Notes: a model not told the origin generated them from the letters alone. 64,000 nt of DNA from Deinococcales bacterium (GCA_031414595.1 JANNVX010000004.1:17047-81046); one strand, 5' to 3'; shown: positions 49,870 to 61,486, numbered from the stretch's first letter. Program-made: numbers and translations.

Positions 49870-51615
49870 TTGACCACACCACGCATTGCACTTGTTTTAT
49901 ACGCCCATCAACCTGTCGGTAATCTCGAGGAAGGGGTACAACGTGCCTTACGCGAAGCCTACTTACCGGCTCTGGCTGCCCTCGAAGCCCATCCAAAACT
50001 GAAAAGCAACTTGTATTTATCGGGTGCATTGCTTGAATGGTTTGAACGCCTCGAGCCAATTGCCCTCTCGAGACTTGCCGCCCTGCGTTCCAGAGTCGAG
50101 TTTATGGCTGGGGCAATGTACCACCCACTCTTAGCCCAGACCCCCAAAGCCGATGTGCTAGGGCAGGTTAAAGCCCATACTGCCTTATTGGAAAAATACT
50201 TTAATGCAACGAGTAGAGGCATCTGGATTCCAGAATTTGCCTGGGAAACGCAACTCCCAGCGCTGCTCGAGGATACTGGTTTGGAGTACACGGTTTTGCC
50301 AGAAACCATTTTTCGGGCTGCTGGTCTTACCGAAGGCACGCTTTTTTCGCTTGAAGAGGCGGGCAAAAGCATCCGTGTTTTTCGAGCGCTAGAAGCCAAA
50401 CTCGAGACTGTGCCACTGATTACGGGCGACACGGTACTGCTGGTTAAACTCGAGGATTTGGTCGGACACTTAAAAGGTTTTTCGGCACTGTTAGAGCATT
50501 TAGAACATTTTGAAACGATGCGCTTATCCACCATGCTCGATGCCAGTCGGCGCAACAAATTGGTGTACTTGCCTAACGCCAAACCACACCATCATTCCAA
50601 TTGGCGTGAAGTGCTACACACCTTTACGGGTATCGGGCATTTGCAACAACGAATCCGTTATGCTTCCGAAAAACTCAATGCGGTTTTTCGAGTTCCAGAA
50701 GAAGCCTTTTTGCACCTCTGGCGCTCCCAAGACAGCGCGGTATTTAATCACATCGGGGCGCACCGCAATTATTTGCGTTTTGAAGCCTATCGCCATCTGA
50801 TTCGCGCCGAGAACATCCTCGAGCCAAGAAAATATGGTTGGTTGGACATCAATTACCGCGACCTTGACTTTGACGGTACACCCGATGTGATTGCCGAAGC
50901 CCACACCATGAACTTGTATTTTAGTGCCTCCCAAGGCGGAGGAATCCTCGAATTTGATGCTCGAGAAGTGGCGGCTAACTTGTGTGACCCATTCTCGAGT
51001 CCATTATCATTTACCGACCATTTTCTCGAGCCAGAAGCCACAACCTTAGAAAACTTTGCCAATGGCACATACTTAGAACTGGGTGACTTTGTAGACGGAC
51101 TGTACGAAATCGGCAAATACCGAGACCGCGTAACTTTGACCCGCCTCGGTACAGTTCGCGGACCGGCTGGCGCACCCGTGGCGGTCGAAATTAAAAAAGC
51201 GATTCGCCTAAAACCAAAAGAGAACCTGCTCGAGATTGAATACCAAATCCATAACAAAGGCGACTGGGATATAGTCATGCGCTTTGGCAGTTTATGGAAC
51301 TTTGCCCTGCTTGCGCCGCATTCTATTGAACGCCAATTTACAGTGGGTGGGCAAGCGGTCAGCGACCTTGGCGCAACCTTAGAACACCGCAACGTTTTAA
51401 GCGCTGGTTGGAAAGATGAATGGCTTGGTGCAGAACTGATTTTTGATTTCCCAAGGGAAACCACGCTCTGGACGCATCCTGTCTACACCGAGAGTGATAA
51501 CCAAAAACAATACCAATCTAGTGTTTTTATGCCGCTTTGGGATGTGGATGTTCCAAAACGTCGCTCGAGACGACTCGAGTACACGATTAAACTCAACACA
51601 CTCAGGACACCATGA
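49870..51615 (+). CDS. GH57 alpha-amylase / 4-alpha-glucanotransferase-like protein
   Basis: YAHQPVGN, WIPEFAWE and ELGDFV motifs, C-terminal YQSS; central region looks shortened. Confidence 0.8.
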   Translation: MTTPRIALVLYAHQPVGNLEEGVQRALREAYLPALAALEAHPKLKSNLYLSGALLEWFERLEPIALSRLAALRSRVEFMAGAMYHPLLAQTPKADVLGQVKAHTALLEKYFNATSRGIWIPEFAWETQLPALLEDTGLEYTVLPETIFRAAGLTEGTLFSLEEAGKSIRVFRALEAKLETVPLITGDTVLLVKLEDLVGHLKGFSALLEHLEHFETMRLSTMLDASRRNKLVYLPNAKPHHHSNWREVLHTFTGIGHLQQRIRYASEKLNAVFRVPEEAFLHLWRSQDSAVFNHIGAHRNYLRFEAYRHLIRAENILEPRKYGWLDINYRDLDFDGTPDVIAEAHTMNLYFSASQGGGILEFDAREVAANLCDPFSSPLSFTDHFLEPEATTLENFANGTYLELGDFVDGLYEIGKYRDRVTLTRLGTVRGPAGAPVAVEIKKAIRLKPKENLLEIEYQIHNKGDWDIVMRFGSLWNFALLAPHSIERQFTVGGQAVSDLGATLEHRNVLSAGWKDEWLGAELIFDFPRETTLWTHPVYTESDNQKQYQSSVFMPLWDVDVPKRRSRRLEYTIKLNTLRTP

Positions 51616-52496
51616 AAGAACTTGCACAAGACATTTATTACTTGGCTGGCGGAGTCAACTGCGGCATACTCGAGACTGGGGATGGTGGTTGCTTAATCGT
51701 GGATACTGGCAATTCTGAGGACAGTGGTAAGAAAATCCTCAAAAGCTGCCGCGCTGCCGGTCTCGAGCCGAGGGCAATTGTCAACACGCACAGTCACGCC
51801 GACCATTACGGCGGCAATGCGTACTTGGTTAAACACCTCGAGATTCCGGTCTACGCCCCGATTTTTGAGGAAAGTATTCTGCATTATCCGATTCTCGAGC
51901 CGATTTATTTATGGAGCGGGGCAAGAGCGCCCAAGGAACTACACAATAAATTTTTACTGGCTGCACCAAGCCCTGCCAAGGTGCTAAATGAAGCTGGAAA
52001 GTGCAAAATTGCTGGGCTAGAAATCGAACTGCTCGAGGTTTCTGGTCATGCCCATATTCAATTTGCAGTGCTGGTGGGGGAAGTTCTGTTTGCTGCCGAC
52101 GCGGTTTTTGGCGCGAACATTCTCGAGAAGTACCCGCTTTCGTTTATGGTAGATATTGAAAATGCCCGTGAAGCGATTGAAACTGTGCGGAACTGCGGGG
52201 CTAAAATTATCTTGCCCGGACATGGTGAGCCAACCACGGATGTAAATGCGCTTTGTGATGCGAACTTGGCTGCGCTTGAACGTGCTAATCAAGCGGTGCT
52301 GATTGCTTGTCAGGACAAAGGCACAACTCCAGAAATTTTATCTCGAGTCTGCGCTATGCTCGAGATAAATATGACTGATTTAACGCGCTATGTGCTGAAT
52401 CAAACGGCGGTGTTGGCGCATTTGACTGACCTCGAGGAACATGGGATGATTGAACATAGAATCGTGCAGAATACTTTGGTTTGGCAAGCGACCTGA
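51612..52496 (+). CDS. MBL-fold metallo-hydrolase
   Basis: THSHADHYGG, GH, AD and PGHG motifs. Confidence 0.9.
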   Translation: MKELAQDIYYLAGGVNCGILETGDGGCLIVDTGNSEDSGKKILKSCRAAGLEPRAIVNTHSHADHYGGNAYLVKHLEIPVYAPIFEESILHYPILEPIYLWSGARAPKELHNKFLLAAPSPAKVLNEAGKCKIAGLEIELLEVSGHAHIQFAVLVGEVLFAADAVFGANILEKYPLSFMVDIENAREAIETVRNCGAKIILPGHGEPTTDVNALCDANLAALERANQAVLIACQDKGTTPEILSRVCAMLEINMTDLTRYVLNQTAVLAHLTDLEEHGMIEHRIVQNTLVWQAT

Positions 52497-52523
52497 CCAC
52501 AATTTCGGCGTATAATTGCAACC

Positions 52524-53834
52524 ATGTACATAGACGAATTGCACATCGAGAATTTCAGGTGCTTTGCTAAGCAATCTGTGCAGTTCATGCACCCCGATTC
52601 ACCTCGAGCCGATGGGGTACGTTTTCCGAATATCAATGTGGTGCTTGGTGCTAATGGCGTGGGCAAAACGACACTCCTTAAAGCGGCGGCGTTAGCAACA
52701 AATAATTTAACCTTTAATGAATCTGGCTTTCGTCCAGTTTCATTAATTAGAAAGTTGTTAAAAAAAGTAACAAAAAATAGAATTGAAGTTCAAGTGGCAC
52801 ATAAGTCTAGTATTTTAGGAAGACTTATCTTACATGAATCTATTGAGTCTTGGTTATATGTCCATCATTACAACCCTATAAGACAAACTTTGAATGATAA
52901 ATTTGAATTTGAATTTGAGGTCGTTCACAAGAATCAAGAAGAGTCTATATTAAATTTTAATCAAATTCAGGATAATTTTGATTCTTTCGGCAAGTTATTT
53001 TCAGTTGCTTATGGCGCAATGCGTCGTGTAGAACGCCTGCCAAGCTACGAACTCGAGGCGCAAAACAAACAATACTCGTATCGGTACTCGAGAATGGCAA
53101 ATTTGTTCGATAGTCGGGTTGTTTTAACGCCACTTGTTTCGTGGTTGCCGCAACTCCCGAAACGCGAGAAAAAACAAATTCTCGAGATTTTTTCTTCGCT
53201 CATGCCCGCTAAACTCGAGTTTAGTGATTCGATTGATGGGCGCGAATTTAGTTTCTATCACAATAAAATCCTTGTGCCGTTCGATGCACTTGCTGACGGA
53301 CACCGCAGTTATATTGGTTGGGTTTCGGATTTGCTTTATCATTTGCATCGGGCGAATCCTAAAAATGTTTTGGATGTTCATGGTGTGGTGCTGGTGGATG
53401 AAGTGGATTTATTGGCGCATCCCACTTGGCAGCGCACGCTTGTACCAACGCTCTCTAAAACTTTTCCGAAATTGCAATTTATCCTAACGACCCACAGCCC
53501 AATTGTGGCAGCCAGTGTTGAAGCCGCCAATCTGTTTATTCTCGAGCCAGCCCGTGGTGGTACGGCTAAACTCACCCGCCCAGATGCCGAGGTTTATGGT
53601 CTAAATGCCCAGCAAGTGCTACATCAAGTTTTTGGGATGGACAGCACTCGAGCCGAGGGCTTTGATAAAACACTTAAATCCCTTGTGAAGAAAAGTCGTA
53701 CAGGCGACAGAGCGGCGGCTCATGCGCTGATGCAAGGCTTGGCGTTTGGCGCGGGTAAACCTTTGGTTCTCGAGGATGATTCTGAATTGGCGAGTATTCA
53801 AAAAGCGGCTCAGGAATTGCTCGAGAAGGCATGA
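52524..53834 (+). CDS. ABC/AAA ATPase, PtuA-like
   Basis: IENFRCF, GANGVGKT, LADG, VLVDEVDLLAHPTWQR and QFILTTHSP motifs. Confidence 0.85.
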   Translation: MYIDELHIENFRCFAKQSVQFMHPDSPRADGVRFPNINVVLGANGVGKTTLLKAAALATNNLTFNESGFRPVSLIRKLLKKVTKNRIEVQVAHKSSILGRLILHESIESWLYVHHYNPIRQTLNDKFEFEFEVVHKNQEESILNFNQIQDNFDSFGKLFSVAYGAMRRVERLPSYELEAQNKQYSYRYSRMANLFDSRVVLTPLVSWLPQLPKREKKQILEIFSSLMPAKLEFSDSIDGREFSFYHNKILVPFDALADGHRSYIGWVSDLLYHLHRANPKNVLDVHGVVLVDEVDLLAHPTWQRTLVPTLSKTFPKLQFILTTHSPIVAASVEAANLFILEPARGGTAKLTRPDAEVYGLNAQQVLHQVFGMDSTRAEGFDKTLKSLVKKSRTGDRAAAHALMQGLAFGAGKPLVLEDDSELASIQKAAQELLEKA

Positions 53835-54730
53835 TTCGGATTCGTTTACCTGTTGGAAAGTCCATTGAAAGCGTGGTGGATGAATTTGATGCTGATTGGC
53901 GTTCTGTTAATCTGATTTGGACTGGCGGTAATCCGTGGTCAGAAATCAAGGAAGTCTTTGCTAGTCTGCACTTTGGCAAGTGTGCGTATTGCGAGCGCTT
54001 GGTGCAAGCCGAATTGAAACAGGGGAAAGTGCAATCGGATGTTGAGCATTTTCGTCCTAAAAAAGAAGTTAAGCCTTGGCACTCTTCGGGTGCTTTATTG
54101 GTTGTGCAGCAAGGTATTTTTACTGGGTATTCTTGGTTGGCAACCAATGTGGAAAATTATAACTTTGCTTGCAAGGAATGCAATACCATACTCAAAGGCA
54201 ATTATTTTCCAATCGCTGGAAAAGCAGGGCGCATAGGGCAATCGGTGCGGGTATTGAATAAAGGGGAAAACCCATTTTTGCTTAATCCCTTGGATATCTT
54301 TGATGATGACCCCGAAGACTTGATTGATTGGGTAGGTTTTGTGCCAATTCCCAAGTTTTCCGAAGCTCAAGATTTGTTTCGTTACCAACGAGCCAGAGTG
54401 ATTATTGAACTTTTTGATTTGGATGAACGGCAAGATGTGAGGCGAGGTTGTGCCGAGCAGATTCAAGTTGTTTGGAAGGCTTTTAAGTTGCGAACAGATT
54501 CGGAGGATGGTATCGCAAATCAGGCATTTTTGGAACGCTGCAAAACCGAGAATACCGCAGTCCATACGGCTTGTATTAGAGCATTTATTCGTTTGCTTGA
54601 GAATAAAAAAACAGAGTCTATGGCAAGAATTTATGCTGTTGCTGCCGAGAATTATTTGGCGGAAATCAAGGATAATTTTGTGCTGAAACCTAAACCAAAA
54701 AAACCAAGGCGCTCGAGAAAATCGCCTTGA
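53831..54730 (+). CDS. HNH endonuclease, PtuB-like
   Basis: GKCAYCE, VEHFRPK, Y.WLA...NY..ACKECN..K and LLNP...DP motifs. Confidence 0.85.
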   Translation: MIRIRLPVGKSIESVVDEFDADWRSVNLIWTGGNPWSEIKEVFASLHFGKCAYCERLVQAELKQGKVQSDVEHFRPKKEVKPWHSSGALLVVQQGIFTGYSWLATNVENYNFACKECNTILKGNYFPIAGKAGRIGQSVRVLNKGENPFLLNPLDIFDDDPEDLIDWVGFVPIPKFSEAQDLFRYQRARVIIELFDLDERQDVRRGCAEQIQVVWKAFKLRTDSEDGIANQAFLERCKTENTAVHTACIRAFIRLLENKKTESMARIYAVAAENYLAEIKDNFVLKPKPKKPRRSRKSP

Positions 54731-54731
54731 A

Positions 54732-55184
54732 TTATTCTTCTGGCTCGAGCAGGTAGCGCAAGGCACTGCGGAGGCTGTTCATGTGGTGTTTACCCAGTTT
54801 TTTTTCGTAATCAGTTTCGATTTCTTTTTTGATTTCATACGCATCTTGTAGCAATCCCATACCTTGTTCGGTAAACGTAATGATACTGGCGCGTTTGTCG
54901 GTGTTGTCGGGTTGACGCTGCACGTATTTGGCTGTTTCGAGTTCGGTGATTAAAACCCCAATGGCTTGTTTGCTGATGCCTGCGCGGTCTGTAAGGTCTG
55001 AGGCTCGAGTGCCGTTTAAGTCTATGTGTGGGATTAGTCCGATGGCGCTGGTGCTGATTTGGTGTCCTCGAGCTTGGAGTTTTTGGCTGGCAGTATCGGC
55101 GAATTGTCTGTAGGCACGTAACAGTAAGCGTCCGGTGTGGTCTTGGCGCAATTCTTGGATTTGTTTTGGATCAACGGCTTTCAT
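54732..55184 (-). CDS. MarR family transcriptional regulator
   Basis: ISKQAI..LI.ELE...YVQR.PD..DKRA motif; TAAACT 7 nt before ATG. Confidence 0.9.
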   Translation of the reverse strand: MKAVDPKQIQELRQDHTGRLLLRAYRQFADTASQKLQARGHQISTSAIGLIPHIDLNGTRASDLTDRAGISKQAIGVLITELETAKYVQRQPDNTDKRASIITFTEQGMGLLQDAYEIKKEIETDYEKKLGKHHMNSLRSALRYLLEPEE

Positions 55185-55218
55185 GGTTTTTAGTTTAGCC
55201 TGTTTGTGGTTCAAAAAT

Positions 55219-55259
55219 TAGTAAACTTAATTGACAAATTAGACAATTAAGTTTACTAT
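55219..55259. promoter_or_regulatory. MarR operator (15-bp perfect inverted repeat) overlapping a TTGACA-17-TACTAT promoter
   Basis: TAGTAAACTTAATTG-N10-CAATTAAGTTTACTA between divergent genes. Confidence 0.8.
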
Positions 55260-55293
55260 ATTCCAGTGCCGTGTTCATGGCAAAGGAGATAAA

Positions 55294-55851
55294 ATGCAGC
55301 TTCAAATAAATCACCCCGCCCCAAGTGTCCAAACTCGAGATGTTTTTGACCAACCCATCAACCTTGGTGGAACTGCAACACACTGGACACTGATTTCTTT
55401 TTTACGCAACGGTGCGTGCGTCATGTGCAACTTACGAATTCATCAGATGATTGCCCAGTATTCAGAACTTAAAGTCCTTGGTCTCAAGATGATTGCTGTT
55501 TTTGAATCCCCAGTCCCCAGTATCGTACAAAATGTGACCAAACAAAACGTGCCGTTTGTCTTACTCAGCGACCCAGAAGCCAAACTGTACGAACTGTACG
55601 GCGTGGAAATTTCTGAAGAAAAAATTGCCCTGACCATGCAAATGCCAGAAACTCAAATTGCCATTCAAAGCGCCGCCAGTATCGGCTATGCCCTCACCCC
55701 AGAAGAAGGCAGTAATTTTTACCGCATCCCAGCCGATTTTTTAATAGACCCACAAGGCAACTTACGAATCGTTCATTATGCCAATCACCTGACCGACCAC
55801 ATTAGTTTTGAAGATATTCGTTCCAACTTGCTCGAGCCTAAACTAATGTAA
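55294..55851 (+). CDS. AhpC/TSA peroxiredoxin-like redoxin
   Basis: FLR...CVMC, LSDP...LY..YG and PADFLID motifs. Confidence 0.8.
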   Translation: MQLQINHPAPSVQTRDVFDQPINLGGTATHWTLISFLRNGACVMCNLRIHQMIAQYSELKVLGLKMIAVFESPVPSIVQNVTKQNVPFVLLSDPEAKLYELYGVEISEEKIALTMQMPETQIAIQSAASIGYALTPEEGSNFYRIPADFLIDPQGNLRIVHYANHLTDHISFEDIRSNLLEPKLM

Positions 55852-55860
55852 AATCCAGGT

Positions 55861-56397
55861 ATGCAAATCTCGGTTTTTATTGCCACCAGTTTAGATGGAT
55901 TTATTGCTCGAGACAATGGCGCTCTGGATTGGCTACCGCAAGACCAAGCCGAAGACCACGGCTATACCGATTTCTTCTCGAGTATAGACACGATGCTGAT
56001 GGGTCGTATTACCTATGAAACCATATTGGGGTTTACACCGTACCCATACGAAGGCAAGCGAGTGGTGGTCTGTAGCCGCACCCTGACCGAAGTGCCAGCA
56101 CACTTAATTGGCAAGCTCGAGTTTAGTGCTAACCCCTTGCCAGACTTAGTGCAACGGCTCGAGAGCCAAGGTTCAAAACATATTTACGCCGATGGTGGGC
56201 AGATAATTACGGCACTACTCGAGTTGGGGCTGGTCAACCGTATTGTCCTCACTCGAGTGCCTGTTTTGCTTGGTTTGGGGATTCCTCTTTTTGGGGCTTT
56301 GAGTACCGATGTTATTTTGCAGCACATCGAAACAAAAACTTTCTCGAGTGGCTTGGTGCAGAGTGTGTACCAAATAAAGCCGAGTCTCGAGAACTAA
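55861..56397 (+). CDS. Dihydrofolate reductase / RibD C-terminal family protein
   Basis: IATSLDGFIA, MGRITYE, DGG and PVLLG.GIPLF motifs. Confidence 0.9.
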   Translation: MQISVFIATSLDGFIARDNGALDWLPQDQAEDHGYTDFFSSIDTMLMGRITYETILGFTPYPYEGKRVVVCSRTLTEVPAHLIGKLEFSANPLPDLVQRLESQGSKHIYADGGQIITALLELGLVNRIVLTRVPVLLGLGIPLFGALSTDVILQHIETKTFSSGLVQSVYQIKPSLEN

Positions 56398-56448
56398 AGT
56401 ATTGGCAATCGCCCCAAATAAAGGGCTTCAAATGTTGCACAATAGGGT

Positions 56449-57525
56449 ATGGACATTGCCGCACTTAAAAAAGAAGCTAAAAGCAAGAAAACTACAGCCA
56501 CTCGACTGCTTGAGTTAGCAAAAACCGCAGACCCAACGGTGCAGTATGCCGTGGCAGCCAATCCTAATACGCCTTTGGCTGCGCTCGAGTACCTGAGTGG
56601 GCATGGAAAATGGACGATTCTAAAAGCTGTGGCGGTTCATCCGAATGTCAGCCTAGCAATTCTCGAGATATTAGCGGCACATAAACAAGTTACAGTTTGT
56701 GTTGCCGTGGCAGAAAGTCAGCAAGCACCTGTTCATTTCCTCGAGCAACTGACTAAGCACCCGGAAGCTGCTGTGCGACGTGCGGTTGCTGCGAACACAA
56801 ATTGCACAGATGCAATTTTTACTGTCTTGAGCGAGGATTCTGCTTACAAAGTGCGTTATGAAGTGGCAAGTCGGATGTCTTGTCCTGCGGCGGTTTTGCA
56901 AAAACTTGCGTATGACCCTGAAGTTTCTGTGCGTGATTTTGTAGCTTGGAATTCTGGCGTTCCAACCACAGAATTATGTCTCTTAGCCACTGACCCTGAA
57001 GCTCGAGTTCGAGCTTCAACTGTGGAAAATTTAAGGCGACGTGGAGAGATGGCATTATTACAAACTTTAGCTCGAGACCCAAGTGAGGAAGTTCGCTTCG
57101 CAATTGCTAATTTATTTATTTGGAATAACTTGTTGCATCTTGGGCTTATCGGCGATACCAGCCAAAAAATCCGTGAAAGGTTGGCTGAGCATCACGAATT
57201 ACCGCTCGAGCAGATGCTGATACTGGCTTCGGACTCGAGTGAGCAAGTGCGGTATGCAATCGCAAGGCGGGATGATTTAAGTAAAAGTGTTCTTGAACAA
57301 CTCGTTAAGGATTCTTATGTAGAAGTTCGCCGAGCTTTGGTGTATGCCAAAACAACCAGAGTTCCAAGTTGGCTTCTCGAGACTTTAGCAACCGATATAG
57401 ACGAAACCGTGCGTTGGCAAGTGGCAAATAATGGCAGTACACCCAAGGCAGTGCTGAATAAACTGCTACAAGACCCAAGTGATGATGTACGGGCAAAAGC
57501 TAGTGAAACATTAAAATGGTTCTGA
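56449..57525 (+). CDS. LRV/HEAT-like repeat protein
   Basis: ~24-aa repeats L..LA.D....VR..VA.N..P. Confidence 0.85.
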   Translation: MDIAALKKEAKSKKTTATRLLELAKTADPTVQYAVAANPNTPLAALEYLSGHGKWTILKAVAVHPNVSLAILEILAAHKQVTVCVAVAESQQAPVHFLEQLTKHPEAAVRRAVAANTNCTDAIFTVLSEDSAYKVRYEVASRMSCPAAVLQKLAYDPEVSVRDFVAWNSGVPTTELCLLATDPEARVRASTVENLRRRGEMALLQTLARDPSEEVRFAIANLFIWNNLLHLGLIGDTSQKIRERLAEHHELPLEQMLILASDSSEQVRYAIARRDDLSKSVLEQLVKDSYVEVRRALVYAKTTRVPSWLLETLATDIDETVRWQVANNGSTPKAVLNKLLQDPSDDVRAKASETLKWF

Positions 57526-57573
57526 AAAAATACGCCACTTGCAGAAAGCCCCTGATGCGGTATACTGCCAAGC

Positions 57574-60500
57574 GTGACGCGACGTTCCGCACAAGCGGCG
57601 GGGTCGTCGGGCGTTTTACAACCGAAAAGCAAACCAACAGCCAAAGTCGCTGCTGGTGCTGCGCGGTTGCTTGCCCGCGCCCAACTCGCCTTTTTATCCT
57701 TAAAACCACTCGAGACTGGCTTATATGCTGGGCTTCCCCAAGTGGCACGTTTGATGCTGTTTGCTCGAGATGAACAAGCGGTGCTGCTGACCACGCCCGA
57801 GCGGATGCGCTTGTACAAGGACTTGGCGGTCTTGGGGCGTAAAAATAGCATCAACCCCGGAATTGCCGATTGGTCTGACTTAGAAAATCATGTGGTTTTG
57901 GATATTGCCACTGCACTCGAGGACTTCCCGAGTGAACCCAATGCCTTTAGGCTCGAGTTAAAAGTGGGGCAAGCCTATACTCGAGATGATTTTTTATCGC
58001 GGCTCGAGGTTTTGGGTTACGAACGCGAAGAGAACCTAGACAAAGCCGATTTTGACAAAACCGATGGTTTTTTTAAGGTGCTGGGCGATACGCTAGAAAT
58101 TACCATCAATCGTTCTGGACAAAATAAGACCAAACGTGAAGTCCGAGCCGAATTTTTTGGTGATGACTTGGAAACCCTGAAACTCAACGGCGAGAAAGTC
58201 ACGCATTTTGGTCTCGAGCCTCTGGGTGATTACGTGCCGGAAGTGGCTTGGGATAGTACCAGACTCGAGCGAATTGGTGGACAGGTGTACCTCGATTCCC
58301 CAGAATTCTTTGAAGGTTACTTAACCGTTAAGCAAAATCAAAGGCTTTGGGCGCACTTAAAAACTCGAGCAGTGATTAGTTTTGGCGCAACACCGCTTTC
58401 TCTCGAGACTAAGCAATCCATGCTCGAGCCAATGGCGTTTTATCGCGCTAGACTTAAAATGTTTGCCGAGGATGCCAAGAACTGGATAGACGAGGGCTAC
58501 CGTGTTCAGGTGCTTTTGAAGCACGAACGCACTGGCGCATATTTACAAAGTAATGTCTTAAATGCCGAAAGTGGTGTACCAGTCGTTTGGGAATGGCGTG
58601 CCGAACCCCAAATTGGCAAAGTCACACTGACCCTTGGGACTGCCGAAGCGGGGTTCATTGACCGCGAGTCTAAACTGGTGGTGCTGACCGAAGACGCGCT
58701 GTACGGCTTTACGGGTGGGGCAAGTCTGCGAATGCGAAAACTGCGGGGCAATCCCGTCTCGGACACGATGGCGCTGACGGTCAATGATTACTTGATTCAT
58801 CCCGAGCATGGCATTGGGCAATTTCTGGGTCTCGAGTCACGGCTTGTACTTGGGGTAATGCGAGATTATATTCATTTGCGCTACGCCAACGATGCTCGAA
58901 TTTACTTGCCTGTCGAGCAATTGCCGTTTTTGAAGCGTCACCCCGGAACAACCGACGACCCACCGCGCCTGAGTACCCTTGGCACAAACGATTGGGCGAA
59001 GGCTCGAGAAAAAGCCAAGAAAAACGCCGAGGAATTGGCGCAAAAACTGCTGATTCAATACGCGGCGCGTCAAGCCACTTCGGGCATTTCCTATCCGCCA
59101 GCCCCAATGGAATGGGATGAAGATTTTAACAAGAATTTCCCGTTTGAATTTACCAAAGACCAAGGCAGAGCCATCAAGGATGTCTACAAAGACCTCGAGC
59201 GTGCCATGCCGATGGACAGGCTTGTTTCGGGCGATGTTGGTTTTGGTAAAACCGAAGTTGCGGTTCGTGCGGCGCACCGCGTGGTTGCCAATGGTCGCCA
59301 AGTTGCGATTCTTGTGCCGACTACGCTTCTTGCTGAGCAGCACCTCGAGACGATCAGACGGCGTTTTGCAGATACTCCCGTGATTGTTGCTGGACTCTCA
59401 AGATTCACACCCAATAAAGAGGTCGAAGGGGTTTTTAAGCACCTCCGAGAAGGCAAAATAGACATTGTGATTGGCACACACCGCCTTCTTGCCGAACAGT
59501 TATCATTTAAGAACCTTGGGCTACTGATTATTGACGAAGAACACCGTTTTGGCGTGATGCAAAAAGAAAAACTCAAAGCCCTAAAAGCTGGCGAACTCTC
59601 ACTCTCGAGTTTTAGAGATGTTGTGCTGGACAGCGAAAAAGATTCTAAGCCCAAAGCTCGTAAAATCGGCTCTAAGACGGCTCAGGCAGCCTCGAGTATC
59701 GCCCACGACCTCTCGAGCATTATGGGCAATGTCATCGGTGTAAAGCGCGAGCGTAAAGTCGAACTGACCGAACACGCCATAGACGTGATGACCCTCTCGG
59801 CAACGCCAATTCCGCGCACCCTGTACATGAGTATGGTCGGTTTACGTGATATGTCGCATATTGCTACGCCACCGGCAGGACGCAAACCAATTCAAACTGT
59901 TCTTTCGCCCTTTGACCCGTTTACCGTCCGCGACGCAATCCTGCATGAAATGGAACGTGGCGGCAAGTGTTTCTATATTCATGACCGCGTAGCCAGTATT
60001 GGCAGACGCGCTCAGTATTTGCAAACCCTGATTCCAGAAGCGCGAATTGCTGTGGCGCACGGTCAAATGCCCGATGGTGAAATCGAAGAGATTATGCAGG
60101 GCTTTGAAGAAGGCGCTTTTGATGTTCTGGTTGCCACGACGATTGTTGAATCGGGTTTAGACATCCCCGAAGCCAACACGATTTTAATTGAACGCTCCGA
60201 CCGCCTTGGTTTGGCACAACTCTATCAACTTCGTGGGCGTGTGGGTCGTCGTCAGACCGAAGCCTTTGCGTATTTCTTCTACCCCCCGCGTTTATCCGAA
60301 AATGCCGAACGGCGCTTGTGGGCAATTGCCGATTTAACTGACCTTGGCAGTGGGCATCTCCTTGCCGAAAAAGACATGGAAATTCGTGGGGTCGGTAATA
60401 TTCTTGGGGCAGAGCAGCATGGGCATATTCAAAATGTCTCACTTGAGGTTTACACCGAACTCTTGGGCGAAGCGATTGGCAAACTAAAGGGCGAAGAAAA

Positions 60501-60945
60501 AATCATTCCACCACGTTTAGCCATAGACCTGAAAGTCAACGCCCGTCTCGAGCCAGCCTATATCCCAGAAGAACTCGAGCGCATCGAATACTATGGGCGT
60601 TTATCGGAGAGTACATCTTTAGGCGAAATTTCTCGTGTTGAACGCGAAATGAAATCCAAACACGGGGTTGTGCCTTTAGAAGTCCATAACTTCCTCGAGT
60701 TAGCCCGATTGCGGGTCATCGGCACAGCCAAAGGTGCAATGAGCATCGGTGAGACCATGACCCAATTGGTGGTGCAGTTTGCGCCAAATCGCGGCAGTTT
60801 GGATTACGACGCAAGGGCAGCCAAGAATCACCCGAATAAGTTACTTGTGACCAAGTATCCGCCGGGCTTTACGCTCGAGAAAAAAGGCTTAAAACCCGAG
60901 GAGTACGCAAGAGCAATTCTCGAGGCGCTGTATGCCTTTGCTTAG
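57574..60945 (+). CDS. mfd: Transcription-repair coupling factor
   Basis: CarD-like [31 protein letters not shown] and QLRGRVGR motifs; TATACT 7 nt before GTG. Confidence 0.96.
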   Translation: MTRRSAQAAGSSGVLQPKSKPTAKVAAGAARLLARAQLAFLSLKPLETGLYAGLPQVARLMLFARDEQAVLLTTPERMRLYKDLAVLGRKNSINPGIADWSDLENHVVLDIATALEDFPSEPNAFRLELKVGQAYTRDDFLSRLEVLGYEREENLDKADFDKTDGFFKVLGDTLEITINRSGQNKTKREVRAEFFGDDLETLKLNGEKVTHFGLEPLGDYVPEVAWDSTRLERIGGQVYLDSPEFFEGYLTVKQNQRLWAHLKTRAVISFGATPLSLETKQSMLEPMAFYRARLKMFAEDAKNWIDEGYRVQVLLKHERTGAYLQSNVLNAESGVPVVWEWRAEPQIGKVTLTLGTAEAGFIDRESKLVVLTEDALYGFTGGASLRMRKLRGNPVSDTMALTVNDYLIHPEHGIGQFLGLESRLVLGVMRDYIHLRYANDARIYLPVEQLPFLKRHPGTTDDPPRLSTLGTNDWAKAREKAKKNAEELAQKLLIQYAARQATSGISYPPAPMEWDEDFNKNFPFEFTKDQGRAIKDVYKDLERAMPMDRLVSGDVGFGKTEVAVRAAHRVVANGRQVAILVPTTLLAEQHLETIRRRFADTPVIVAGLSRFTPNKEVEGVFKHLREGKIDIVIGTHRLLAEQLSFKNLGLLIIDEEHRFGVMQKEKLKALKAGELSLSSFRDVVLDSEKDSKPKARKIGSKTAQAASSIAHDLSSIMGNVIGVKRERKVELTEHAIDVMTLSATPIPRTLYMSMVGLRDMSHIATPPAGRKPIQTVLSPFDPFTVRDAILHEMERGGKCFYIHDRVASIGRRAQYLQTLIPEARIAVAHGQMPDGEIEEIMQGFEEGAFDVLVATTIVESGLDIPEANTILIERSDRLGLAQLYQLRGRVGRRQTEAFAYFFYPPRLSENAERRLWAIADLTDLGSGHLLAEKDMEIRGVGNILGAEQHGHIQNVSLEVYTELLGEAIGKLKGEEKIIPPRLAIDLKVNARLEPAYIPEELERIEYYGRLSESTSLGEISRVEREMKSKHGVVPLEVHNFLELARLRVIGTAKGAMSIGETMTQLVVQFAPNRGSLDYDARAAKNHPNKLLVTKYPPGFTLEKKGLKPEEYARAILEALYAFA

Positions 60946-60991
60946 ATTTTAAGTTGGGAACGATTTGACTTGAATTATCGTAATTTAACTT

Positions 60992-61486
60992 ATGCTTTCT
61001 AAGAATAAGTCGTTCGTTGAATTGAATAAGGATTACTGGACGTTTCAAGTTTCTACAAAAACTTTGGTTGATTTCGTGATTTGGGGTTTTGTAATCAGCA
61101 TAATTGCAGTTATTTTCGTGTCATTTTTGCAAAATGTATTGCAGCGTCGCCCTCTTGATGTCTGTTCTGTACAACTTTCACCCATCTCGAGTGTTAATGT
61201 TCAACATATTCGATATATTGCCGTTACATCTGGGCAATACTGTACAGAATTAGGTGAAACCAGATCAGGTCGGGGAAGTGAATTCGAGACGGTACTCATT
61301 GAAATTGATGATAGCAAAGTAAAGTCCACATTGCTATTATCATCATATTCACCCCAAAAAGTTTATTGGAAGTCAGATCGTATCCTTGAAATTTGTGCCG
61401 AAAAAGATTTGAAAATCCACAAAAGCCAATGGGGTCGTATAAGTATTGACTCAAGTGAAAGTATTTTGAACTGCCAAATCAAATAG
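60992..61486 (+). CDS. Hypothetical membrane-anchored protein
   Basis: One TM segment, AT-rich. Confidence 0.55.
   Translation: MLSKNKSFVELNKDYWTFQVSTKTLVDFVIWGFVISIIAVIFVSFLQNVLQRRPLDVCSVQLSPISSVNVQHIRYIAVTSGQYCTELGETRSGRGSEFETVLIEIDDSKVKSTLLLSSYSPQKVYWKSDRILEICAEKDLKIHKSQWGRISIDSSESILNCQIK

Noticed and set aside
52524-54730. Retron
   Set aside because: No reverse transcriptase and no intergenic room for msr-msd
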